Shown here: piece by piece, positions 17,710-25,552 of the stretch
Layout: every line of letters begins with the position of its first letter
Position numbering within the stretch: position 1 is the first letter of the stretch
Source of the DNA: Ignicoccus hospitalis KIN4/I
Lineage (GTDB): Archaea; Thermoproteota; Thermoprotei_A; Sulfolobales; Ignicoccaceae
Reading direction: 5' to 3'
NCBI RefSeq assembly: GCF_000017945.1
Contig: NC_009776.1
Location: 480,001 to 512,000 of the forward strand
Length of the DNA: 32,000 bases
Translations under genes and position numbers: made by a program
The notes under the pieces: generated by a model
Database searches by the model: none
What the model was told of the DNA's origin: nothing
What the model saw: only the letters and a program-made list of their open reading frames with translations

Positions 17710-18912
17710 GTGCACCCAGCGGAAGAGATCCGGGGCCTCAAGTGGCGGTCGCTCTCCGGGAAAATAATAGCTTTGGGGGTCAGCTACAGCGTGGCCTTGT
17801 ACAAGTCCATCGACGTCGCCAGGGAGCTCCTCAAGCGGGACGGGCGCGTGAAAGTGATAATGACGAGGGAAGCCTCTAGGGTCATCTCGCCGGAGGTGTT
17901 TCACTGGGCCACCGGCGAGGAGCCGGTGGTGGAGCTCACTGGAGAGACCGAGCACGTCTCTCTGGCCAAGGAGGTCAGCTCTATGGCTATAGCCCCGGCG
18001 ACGTTGAACGTTATGAGTAAGCTCGCTTACGGCGTCACAGACGACCCGGTGGTCCTAACTGCGCTAAACGTAAAGGAATACGGGAAGCCCGTGTTGATAT
18101 TCCCTTCGATGCACTTGAGCATGTTGAAGAGCCCCCAGTACGAGCGGGCCAAAGCGACGCTGGAGGAGATGGGCTACGTCGTGGTGGAACCTACGGTCGA
18201 AGGGGGGAGGGTAAGGTTCCCCGAGCCCGAGTGGGTGGCCAACTTGGTCGAGAGCGTAACCCTCAGGGGGAGGGATTATCGGGGAATCAAGGCTTTGGTC
18301 ACCTCCGGGCCCACGAGGGAGTACATAGACCGCATACGACTCATATCCAACCCGAGCACCGGCAAGATGGGCTCCTCCCTCGCTTGGGAGCTGTTCGCCA
18401 GGGGGGCGGAGGTGACGGTAGTCCACGGGCCCTCTCAAGCGGTCTACCCCCCGTGGGTCAAGAGGGTTCCCGTAGAGACAACGGAAGAGATGGCCGAGGC
18501 CGTAAGCGAGGAGGAGTACGACGTCGCTTTCTTGGCGGCCGCGCCGGCCGATTACAAGCCGGAGAGGCGCTTCGAGGGCAAGCTGGACTCGGCGGAAGGG
18601 GTGGAGCTCAAGCTCGTGCCGACGCCGAAGGTGGCCAAGAGGGTAAGGGCGAGGGTCAAGGTGGGCTTCACGGCGATAGTGGGCGAGGACGTGCTGGGTC
18701 AAGCGGAGAACAAGCTGGAGAAGTATGGATTTGACATGATAGTTGCTAACAGAGTGGACAGGAAAGACATAGGGTTTGCGTCTGATATGAACGAAGTATT
18801 CATATTGCACAAGGACGGGAGGGTGAAACACGTCGCAAAGGTGCCCAAGCTCTTGGTGGCCAGGGCGATACTGGACGAGGTTAAGGAGCTGCTGCGCTCC
18901 GATCAACCTTAA
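17710..18912 (+). CDS. coaBC: Bifunctional phosphopantothenoylcysteine decarboxylase/phosphopantothenate-cysteine ligase
   Basis: SGKIIALGVSYSVALYKSIDVARELLK, SMAIAPATLNVMSKLAYGVTDD, TSGPTREYIDRIRLISNPSTGKMGSSLA and AAAPADYKP. GTG 17710 is the likely start. Confidence 0.9.
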   Translation: MHPAEEIRGLKWRSLSGKIIALGVSYSVALYKSIDVARELLKRDGRVKVIMTREASRVISPEVFHWATGEEPVVELTGETEHVSLAKEVSSMAIAPATLNVMSKLAYGVTDDPVVLTALNVKEYGKPVLIFPSMHLSMLKSPQYERAKATLEEMGYVVVEPTVEGGRVRFPEPEWVANLVESVTLRGRDYRGIKALVTSGPTREYIDRIRLISNPSTGKMGSSLAWELFARGAEVTVVHGPSQAVYPPWVKRVPVETTEEMAEAVSEEEYDVAFLAAAPADYKPERRFEGKLDSAEGVELKLVPTPKVAKRVRARVKVGFTAIVGEDVLGQAENKLEKYGFDMIVANRVDRKDIGFASDMNEVFILHKDGRVKHVAKVPKLLVARAILDEVKELLRSDQP

Positions 18913-18916
18913 ATAG
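18908..18916 (+). promoter_or_regulatory. TATA-like box for tRNA-Arg, overlapping the coaBC stop codon
   Basis: CTTAAATAG about 30-38 nt upstream of the mature tRNA 5' end; coaBC TAA is 18910-18912. Confidence 0.5.
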
Positions 18917-18946
18917 CCCTTCGGAGGCCGACTCCCGGACCCGGAG

Positions 18947-19024
18947 GGCCCCGTCGCCTAGCCAGGATAGGGCGCCGGCCTTCTAAGCCGGTAGTCCCGG
19001 GTTCAAATCCCGGCGGGGCCACCA
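18947..19024 (+). tRNA. tRNA-Arg (anticodon TCT), CCA encoded
   Basis: Acceptor GGCCCCG/CGGGGCC, D-arm GCCT/GGGC, anticodon arm CCGGC-CTTCTAA-GCCGG, T-arm CCGGG-TTCAAAT-CCCGG, A then CCA; no intron. Confidence 0.96.
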
Positions 19025-20097
19025 CCCCCGTCGCCCTTCCGGGCCCCCTCAGAGAGCGTTAAAGGCGCGCTAGTCGCTGTCAAAACGTAACAAATAGCGA
19101 TATTCATCAAGATCCCGAAGGTTCCGAAGAACGAGACCGTTATCCCGCCTATTACGTTACCCAAGTCCCTTCCCAAGTTTATCAAGCCTATTCTCTTCCC
19201 CACGTCGCCCGCCCTAGCGGCCGCCGTTAAGGCGCTCCGCCACCAAGCTAGGAAGCCTTGGGCGAACAGCACCGAGGCCGCGCCGGTCTTAGGGTCCCCG
19301 TGTAGCAAGAACGAAGAGGAAACCAAGGAGCCGGCGGCCGGCAAGAACAGCGAGGCCGGAGACTGTCGGACGTCCAAGAGCGCCCTGCCGGCGAAGTAAC
19401 TCGCCGCGCTCCCCGCGGCCGAGGCCGCCGAGAGCAGAGCCCCGGAAAGCCACCGACCGAACGCCGAGCCCATCAGGTACATTATTATTTCCGAATTTAC
19501 GAGCACATTCAACATCCCTATCGAAATGGCCATCATTAGGAGCGGAAGCGGAGGGGGCGCGAACAGCCCCCTCTTGGTACGCCTTACAAACTTTATCTTG
19601 TCAGATTCTTTAAACAAGTAGATGGAGAGCGTTAGCAACGTTAAGGAAGAGGTCAACAAGGCCTCCGACGGGGCGAGGGCGCCTATCAAGTAGGCCAAGC
19701 TCGCCCCGGCGTTGCCTACGAAGAAGTACAACGAGGATACCCTAGCCCTCTCGTGGTCCTTAGTGCTCATCATCACTAAGGCTTGCATGGAGGGCCAAGT
19801 GAGGCCCGAGGCGAGCCCGTGGAGGAGCCTTAGGGCCGGGTAGGCGGAGGGCGGGGCTAGGTAGTAGCCCAGTCCTATCGCGGACAGCGCGGCGAAGCCG
19901 GAGGCGGTGACCTTCCCGCCGTACTTGTTAACTGCCTCGCTCGAAAGGAAGGAAACTAACGCCCTGCCCAAGCTGAAGGCCACCGCGAGGCCGGCCATGA
20001 AGCTCAGCCCTTCGTCCAACTCCTTGAACGCGCTCCCGGTCCTCAACGTAACTCCGCTCAAGACCCCCAAGAAAGTAGCTACCAAGAGCCCCTTCAT
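19003..20097 (-). CDS. Major facilitator superfamily transporter-like protein
   Basis: About 12 hydrophobic segments, GRALVSFLSSEAVNKYGGK between early TMs, internal two-fold organisation typical of MFS. Confidence 0.75.
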   Translation of the reverse strand: MKGLLVATFLGVLSGVTLRTGSAFKELDEGLSFMAGLAVAFSLGRALVSFLSSEAVNKYGGKVTASGFAALSAIGLGYYLAPPSAYPALRLLHGLASGLTWPSMQALVMMSTKDHERARVSSLYFFVGNAGASLAYLIGALAPSEALLTSSLTLLTLSIYLFKESDKIKFVRRTKRGLFAPPPLPLLMMAISIGMLNVLVNSEIIMYLMGSAFGRWLSGALLSAASAAGSAASYFAGRALLDVRQSPASLFLPAAGSLVSSSFLLHGDPKTGAASVLFAQGFLAWWRSALTAAARAGDVGKRIGLINLGRDLGNVIGGITVSFFGTFGILMNIAICYVLTATSAPLTLSEGARKGDGGGGPAGI

Positions 20098-20196
20098 CGC
20101 TGGCCCCAGCGCGCCGGGAGAGGGGCCTTGTTAGGCCAGTTGGCCGCTTGAACCTTATTATAGTTCCACATTAGGGAGAACGTCCGGTGGCGTGGG

Positions 20197-20850
20197 GTGG
20201 TCGTTCGAGCCTTAGCGGTCCTAGCGCTGTTCGCCGCGGCCGCGTACGCGATAAGTTGCGAAGACATAATGGTTGGTATCAAAGTAAGCAACGAGACGGG
20301 GTATTATTACTATTACTTCTCGCCCCACAGCTGGCAGAAGGTGTACAAGCTGGTCCAGATCGAAGGGGGTAAGAAGATAGAGAGGGCGAGGCTTTACATC
20401 ACGTTGATCAACGAGAGCGAGCCCACCCCCGTCGGCAGGCTGGTGATGAAGCCCGCCGACTTGAGGACCGTGGTTGGGGCGTGGAACGTTACGGAGGCCG
20501 TCGTCGAGGGCGAATTTCGATACCCCTCCGGCACCTTAGTGGTATGCCTCCAACAAGGGGAACAAGCGTACGTCTTGATACAGAAGAAGGGTGCGGTCGG
20601 GTGGTGGGTCGGTGCCGGCAAGACGGTGCCCATAATGGCGACCAAGGGGTTCTCTGAGTACGAAATAGAGCTTCAAGGGGGCGGGAAGGTCTTCTTCATG
20701 CCCGACGGCGCGGTGGGAGAGTCCGGCGTGAAGCTGGTGCCCGTGGAGAGGGGAGGCGGTCCCGGGTTGCTGGGCGTGCCCTCTCTAATACAAATGGCCG
20801 TCACCGCGTTACTCCTCGCGGCAGTCGTGTTCTTCCTAATGCCCAAGTAA
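20197..20850 (+). CDS. Predicted exported protein with N-terminal signal-like segment and C-terminal TM anchor
   Basis: MVVRALAVLALFAAAAYA start, polar body with YYYYYF tract, C-terminal LIQMAVTALLLAAVVFFLMPK. Confidence 0.7.
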   Translation: MVVRALAVLALFAAAAYAISCEDIMVGIKVSNETGYYYYYFSPHSWQKVYKLVQIEGGKKIERARLYITLINESEPTPVGRLVMKPADLRTVVGAWNVTEAVVEGEFRYPSGTLVVCLQQGEQAYVLIQKKGAVGWWVGAGKTVPIMATKGFSEYEIELQGGGKVFFMPDGAVGESGVKLVPVERGGGPGLLGVPSLIQMAVTALLLAAVVFFLMPK

Positions 20851-20859
20851 ATCTATTAA

Positions 20860-20875
20860 GAATTTTTATTATTTC
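20860..20875 (+). terminator. T-rich 3' region possibly terminating the 20197-20850 gene
   Basis: GAATTTTTATTATTTC shortly after the stop codon, in an otherwise GC-rich window. Confidence 0.35.
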
Positions 20876-20908
20876 AAACTTTGTGGAGCGTTTAGGAGTT
20901 GGGAGCTT

Positions 20909-20984
20909 GTGGTAGCCGGGCGGGGATTCGAACCCCGGTCACGGGGGCCAGAGCCCCGCATCCTTGGCCGCTAGACGACCCGGC
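20909..20984 (-). tRNA. tRNA-Gln (anticodon CTG), CCA encoded
   Basis: Minus strand AGCCGGG...CCCGGCT-A-CCA, anticodon arm CGGGG-CTCTGGC-CCCCG, T-arm CGGGG-TTCGAAT-CCCCG; TATA-like TTTAAAAATTTAAAAA upstream. Confidence 0.92.
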
Positions 20985-21019
20985 TCCGGGACCCTCCCCG
21001 TACAGATCTTTTTAAATTT

Positions 21020-21985
21020 TTAAGGACCCTTCTCGCCCCCTACGGACGAAGGAAGCTCGAGGTGTAAGTCTAAGATCTTGAGGACCTTTTCCAACTCGTG
21101 GCTCCTCAAGTTCGCCGAACAGACGACGTCCTTCCCACCCACTTCCTTTATCCCGGCGCTCCTGAGCGCCTCTATTAGGACGGTATAGTCCTTCTTCCCG
21201 CCCCTGCAGTACACCCTAGCGCCGGCGTCCCAAGCGATCACTATGATCGTCTCCTTACCCCTGTTCAACCTCTTCCAGAGGGAGGAGGCTACCAGCGCCG
21301 CCCTCTCGTCCCTTACTACGCAAACCCTCCTGTACCCCTCGTCCCAGCACTCCGCCCTCCGCTCCAGCTCCTCCACCAGCTTGAGCGCTTCCTCCCTCTT
21401 AGCTCGCAACCTCCGGTCCTCCAAGATTTCGCTCAAGCTGTTAGCCTTAGAGACCTTCTTTATTGAGTAGTATATGCAGTCGTAGTCCAGTAGCTTGTAG
21501 CAAGAGTTCAGGAGGGCCGCCGCTTCTACGACGTCCTCCCCACGCACTTTCTCCTTCCTCAATATGGCCTCCCAGACCTCGTTGCCCCACGGGTCGTGGA
21601 GGTCCCCGGCTATAGCCACCGCGTCCCGCCAGTCGTACGGCAGCCCGAAGTAGTCGGAGACCACCAAGGAGGCGCTCGGGACGTAGTTCCCCTCTAAAGC
21701 GGGGTTGTAGACCTCCCCGCAAGGGGGCTTGGGCGCGGCGTGGTGGTCTAGGACTACCAACCCCTCGACGCCCTCGCAGAGCCTCTGCCAGTCCTCGTAC
21801 GGCATGGAATAATCCATTACGTACAGCTTTCCCCCGAGGGCCTCTGGGGGCACGGCCTCGAAGGACCACCTCCCGATACGGGGGACGTAGACCTCGACCT
21901 CCCCCAGCTTCCTAAGCGCCTTGGCCGCCGAGACTATGCCGTCCGCGTCCCAGTGGGTTAGGACTTTGACGTTACCTGAGCGCAC
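21020..21985 (-). CDS. DHH-family phosphoesterase (RecJ-like/NrnA-like)
   Basis: VLTHWDADGIVSAAKAL, YVMDYSM, LVVLDHHAAPKPP and IAGDLHDPWG motifs. Confidence 0.85.
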   Translation of the reverse strand: MRSGNVKVLTHWDADGIVSAAKALRKLGEVEVYVPRIGRWSFEAVPPEALGGKLYVMDYSMPYEDWQRLCEGVEGLVVLDHHAAPKPPCGEVYNPALEGNYVPSASLVVSDYFGLPYDWRDAVAIAGDLHDPWGNEVWEAILRKEKVRGEDVVEAAALLNSCYKLLDYDCIYYSIKKVSKANSLSEILEDRRLRAKREEALKLVEELERRAECWDEGYRRVCVVRDERAALVASSLWKRLNRGKETIIVIAWDAGARVYCRGGKKDYTVLIEALRSAGIKEVGGKDVVCSANLRSHELEKVLKILDLHLELPSSVGGEKGP

Positions 21986-22241
21986 CCTCCTCGCCCTCCT
22001 TTAGGTGCAACGCCCTCCTCCTCCTAACCTTGAACTCCGGCGCCACTTTGAGTAGAGCCCTTTCGACCTCCTCCCCGCTCCCCAGGTCGACTACTTCGGC
22101 CTCCGAGTAGAGCGGGTACACGTAGACCAGCGCCGCGATCCTTTCGTCCTTCATCACTATCAGCCAGTTCGCGTGCCTCGAGACGTAGAAGCCCCTCGCC
22201 CTCAGCTCCTCCGCCAGCCTTCGGGGCACTAGCTCCCTCAA
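21972..22241 (-). CDS. Conserved-looking small protein of unknown function (89 aa)
   Basis: Open frame overlapping both neighbours on the same strand (4 nt with 22238 gene, 14 nt with DHH gene); no recognised motif. Confidence 0.6.
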   Translation of the reverse strand: MRELVPRRLAEELRARGFYVSRHANWLIVMKDERIAALVYVYPLYSEAEVVDLGSGEEVERALLKVAPEFKVRRRRALHLKEGEEGALR

Positions 22242-23002
22242 GCTCCCAACCTACCCTTTATGGCCTTAACTACCTTTGAAGCCTTCCTCTTAGCCGTCTC
22301 CTCGTCGTCGGCCGTTGCCAGTGCGCAGACCTTCACGTAAGGAGTTCCGTCCTTCATCCCCGGATGCGTCTTTATATATATATCGGGGTAGGTCTTCGCC
22401 ATTTCCTCTATCAAGGGGGCTATGTCAGCCTCTCTGACTCCCTCCAACACCTCGCACGCCTCCCCCTTGCGGAAGAGGGACAAGTCCTCCAACTCTTCTA
22501 CGACGTAGTCTAACATCGCCTCCACCTCCGCGGGCACCCCGGGGAGGGCGAAGACCCTCTTCTGGCCGACCTTGATGTATATACCGGGCGCGACCCCTAC
22601 GGGGTTCGGTATCGGTTTGGCCGTCAAGGGCATTATAGCCATCTTCAACCTCTCCTTTGTCATATCCAAACCCATCTTCTTTATCTTCTCTTCTACCATT
22701 TCCTTGGCCCTCTCGTTCAGCCCCAAGGGAAGCACCAGCGCGAGGGAGAGCGCCTCGGCGGTGACGTCGTCGTAGGTGGGGCCCAAGCCTCCGGTAGTTA
22801 TCAAGACGTTGGATATATGTAGAAGGTCCTTGGCGTTCTCCGCTATCTCCGTTATGTTGTCTCTAACCTTCCTTATTTCTATAATTTCGTAACCTAACAT
22901 GGTAAGCGTCCTCGCGACCTTAGCGGAATTGGTGTCGACGACCCTCCCGATCAACACTTCGTTACCAATTATGAGGATGGAAGACCTCCAAAGCTCGGTC
23001 AA
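22238..23002 (-). CDS. CinA-like/molybdopterin-binding domain protein
   Basis: IIGNEVLIGRVVDTNSAKVARTLTMLGYEI, VLITTGGLGPTYDDVTAEAL and KRVFALPGVPAEVEAML. Confidence 0.88.
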   Translation of the reverse strand: MTELWRSSILIIGNEVLIGRVVDTNSAKVARTLTMLGYEIIEIRKVRDNITEIAENAKDLLHISNVLITTGGLGPTYDDVTAEALSLALVLPLGLNERAKEMVEEKIKKMGLDMTKERLKMAIMPLTAKPIPNPVGVAPGIYIKVGQKRVFALPGVPAEVEAMLDYVVEELEDLSLFRKGEACEVLEGVREADIAPLIEEMAKTYPDIYIKTHPGMKDGTPYVKVCALATADDEETAKRKASKVVKAIKGRLGA

Positions 23003-23796
23003 GACCTTAAGTCACCCTTGATCTGGTCGGCCACCTTCTTGCCAGACAACAACATGCCGGATATTGCCGGCCCCATCCTGGGGAGTCTCTTCCAGCTCGC
23101 GACCGACATCCCGGCCGCGTAGAGGCCGTCCACCACCTTCCCGGTCTCTTTGACTACGAGCTCCTCCGCCCTCTCCGCCCAAGCGCCCTTCTCGGTGGCC
23201 ACGCCCAAAGGTAAGTTCAACTTCCTCTCAGCGACCTTCAAGACCTCCGCCCCGTGGCCGGTGGCGTCCACGACGGCTTTTGACTTGAAGAATATGGGAT
23301 CTACATGCAAACCGGCTATTTCAATGGGAGACCAGAGGGCCACCACGCCCGTCACTTTCACCTTCCCGTCGACTTCTCTGTATATCAAATCCTCCACGTG
23401 CCACCCCAACAGCACCTTGGCTCCGGCCTCAACAGCCTTGAAAGCGAGGGTGGCCGTCAAAGCTACGGCGTCCACCAACTTAACCCCGTCGTACTCCGTC
23501 TCCTCCAGCGTTAGCCCTAACTCCCTTACTACGTCGGAGGTTGAGTAGCCGTCCACCTCTAAGTCCTCTACTACCACCTTGTGGAAGAGGGTTCCGCCGC
23601 CGTTTATGCCTCCGCCATAGGATATCCTGCGCTCCAGAACTAAGGTCTTGAAGCCTTCCTTAGCTAGGTAATAGGCGGCCGTGAGCCCGGCGGGGCCGGC
23701 CCCCACTACTATGACGTCGCTGCTCTGGGCATAGCTCATTAACTCCTCGGTACTCTTCTTGAGAATGGTCGTAGTTATTATTCCCTCGTCTAGCAT
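22999..23796 (-). CDS. thi4: Thi4-type thiazole synthase
   Basis: DVIVVGAGPAGLTAAYYLAKEG FAD/NAD fold, ERRISYGGGINGGGTLFHKVVV, LHVDPIFFKSKAVVDATGHGAE and GPAISGMLLSGKKVA. Confidence 0.92.
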   Translation of the reverse strand: MLDEGIITTTILKKSTEELMSYAQSSDVIVVGAGPAGLTAAYYLAKEGFKTLVLERRISYGGGINGGGTLFHKVVVEDLEVDGYSTSDVVRELGLTLEETEYDGVKLVDAVALTATLAFKAVEAGAKVLLGWHVEDLIYREVDGKVKVTGVVALWSPIEIAGLHVDPIFFKSKAVVDATGHGAEVLKVAERKLNLPLGVATEKGAWAERAEELVVKETGKVVDGLYAAGMSVASWKRLPRMGPAISGMLLSGKKVADQIKGDLRS

Positions 23797-25030
23797 GTCT
23801 GGGCCCTACCCTAAGCCTCTGGGACTGACTATATCATGGTTACCCGCAGCGAATCTCCTCCCACAAAATAAGCTCGGCTTTGACGCCGAAAACGGTAGAG
23901 CGGGGTTGCAAAAGCTTTCGCTAAATCTAGAAAAAGATTTCACGTTCTTCACTGAAGGAGGCTCCTTATCGATAGACACAAAAGACAACTTGCTGGCTAT
24001 CGCGGTATCCAAGGCTTCTCCCAGAGGTGAGAGGAACGACGAGGAGGGGGGCCACGCGTACGTGGTCACGAAGAAGGGTAAAGTGATAATGAGCTGGAGG
24101 TTTGACTCGCAGAAGGGGTTTAACTGCGCCGCCTTCAAGCCCGACAGCGACGTAGTGATCTTCGGCAACGACGACGGTTCCTTATACGTTTTCAAGACTG
24201 ATGGTGAAATGATCAAGAAGGTTGACTTGGACGCCGCGATTTACTCGTGCGCCTTCTCCCCCTCGGGCTCGTTCGTGGCCCTCGGGACGGAGGGCGGGAA
24301 GGTATCGGTGAGGGACTCCTCGTTCGAGCCCTTGTGGGAATACTTGGCCGAGGACAACGTGTGGGGGCTGAGCTGGTCTCCGGACGAAAGGTACGTGGCC
24401 GTGGCGAGCCACGACGGCCACTTGTACGTACTCACCAAGCCCAAGGAGGTCTGGAAGGACGACTTGGGAGCCCCGGTCAACAAGGCAAAGTGGTGTGGCA
24501 ACTACCTGGCGGCGTCTACTTGGGAAGGGTTGGTGGTAACTTACGACGCCTCCGACCCGCAGAGCCCCTCTAAGCTCTGGGAGGGGAGGTTGGGCTCTAA
24601 CGTCTGGGGGCTGGACTTCGACGACGCGTGTTCCTACTTGGCGGCCGGCAGCAGAGGGTCTGACTTGGTGATCTTCGATACTGAAGGTAACATGACGCTA
24701 TCTGTGAAACCCGGGCCCGTGGACGACTTGTCTTGGAGGGGCCCCTCCTTGGCAGTGGCCAGCAAGAACAAGGTCGAAGTTTTCAAGACGATGAGCTGTG
24801 TGCCGTACATCCTTCCAACCCTCAAGAGGTTCAAGGCGGCCAGCTTCTCAAAGCCAGAGAACATAGATTTCATAGAAATGTCCAAGTTGTTCTACGCGCT
24901 TCTCGGAAGACCTAAAAAGGTCAAAGTTAATGGTGAGACCTACTGGGTTAAGGTGATAGACGGCGACTTCTTGTACATATTCTCCCAACACGACGGGGAG
25001 GTGGAGGTGGAGATAGTTGATGAGGGTTAG
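23795..25030 (+). CDS. WD40/beta-propeller protein (start uncertain; ATG 23795 or a later TTG)
   Basis: Repeated blades such as FNCAAFKPDSDVVIFGNDDGSLYVFKTDG, YSCAFSPSGSFVALGTEGGKVSVRD and WGLSWSPDERYVAVASHDGHLYVLTK. Confidence 0.82.
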   Translation: MSGPYPKPLGLTISWLPAANLLPQNKLGFDAENGRAGLQKLSLNLEKDFTFFTEGGSLSIDTKDNLLAIAVSKASPRGERNDEEGGHAYVVTKKGKVIMSWRFDSQKGFNCAAFKPDSDVVIFGNDDGSLYVFKTDGEMIKKVDLDAAIYSCAFSPSGSFVALGTEGGKVSVRDSSFEPLWEYLAEDNVWGLSWSPDERYVAVASHDGHLYVLTKPKEVWKDDLGAPVNKAKWCGNYLAASTWEGLVVTYDASDPQSPSKLWEGRLGSNVWGLDFDDACSYLAAGSRGSDLVIFDTEGNMTLSVKPGPVDDLSWRGPSLAVASKNKVEVFKTMSCVPYILPTLKRFKAASFSKPENIDFIEMSKLFYALLGRPKKVKVNGETYWVKVIDGDFLYIFSQHDGEVEVEIVDEG

Positions 25031-25406
25031 CGAAGAGGAGGCGAAGAGGATAGCGGAGAGGCTGAACTACAGGTGGCCCGACCGGACGGTGGTGGCGGTG
25101 GCTCAAGAGTACAAGAGCGGGAAGGTATTGATGGTTGCCTCCATGAACAAAGAGGCGGTAATAAAGACCCTCACCACGGGAATAGTCCACTACTGGAGCA
25201 AGAGCAGAAAGGAACTGTGGGTGAAGGGGGCCACCAGCGGTCACGTACAAGTCCTAGAGAAGTTCTACTACGACTGCGACGCCGACTCCGTGTTGCTGGT
25301 GGTGAGGCAAGCCTCGCTCATAGCTTGCCACGAGGGCTACCGCTCGTGCTTTCACTACAAAGTAGAAGAGGGGGGAGTGAAAGTAGAAGAGCCCAGCTAC
25401 GAGTAG
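25020..25406 (+). CDS. hisI: Phosphoribosyl-AMP cyclohydrolase
   Basis: VLMVASMNKEAVIKTLTTGIVHYWSKSRKELWVKGATSGH, DCDADSVLLVVRQ and ACHEGYRSCF. Confidence 0.95.
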   Translation: MRVSEEEAKRIAERLNYRWPDRTVVAVAQEYKSGKVLMVASMNKEAVIKTLTTGIVHYWSKSRKELWVKGATSGHVQVLEKFYYDCDADSVLLVVRQASLIACHEGYRSCFHYKVEEGGVKVEEPSYE

Positions 25407-25552
25407 CCCATCGAATAAACTAACAAGGCTAGGAAGGCCGCCAAGGTCACTGGAGCAACGAACTGCGCTAACTTGCAGTTGTTCTTAAATAAAATGTAAC
25501 TCAAAACTAAGGACGCGACGAACACCGCTACCGGGGTGATCAAGGGTACCAC
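25397..25552 (-). CDS. Small two-TM protein (51 aa), trimmed from the supplied 94-aa ORF
   Basis: VPLITPVAVFVASLVLSYILFKNNCKLAQFVAPVTLAAFLALLVYSMGYS; GTG 25552 slightly overlaps the upstream radical SAM stop. Confidence 0.5.
   Translation of the reverse strand: MVPLITPVAVFVASLVLSYILFKNNCKLAQFVAPVTLAAFLALLVYSMGYS

Noticed and set aside
18064-18906. 280-aa minus-strand ORF
   Set aside because: Lies entirely antisense to the clearly supported coaBC coding sequence; no recognisable motif.
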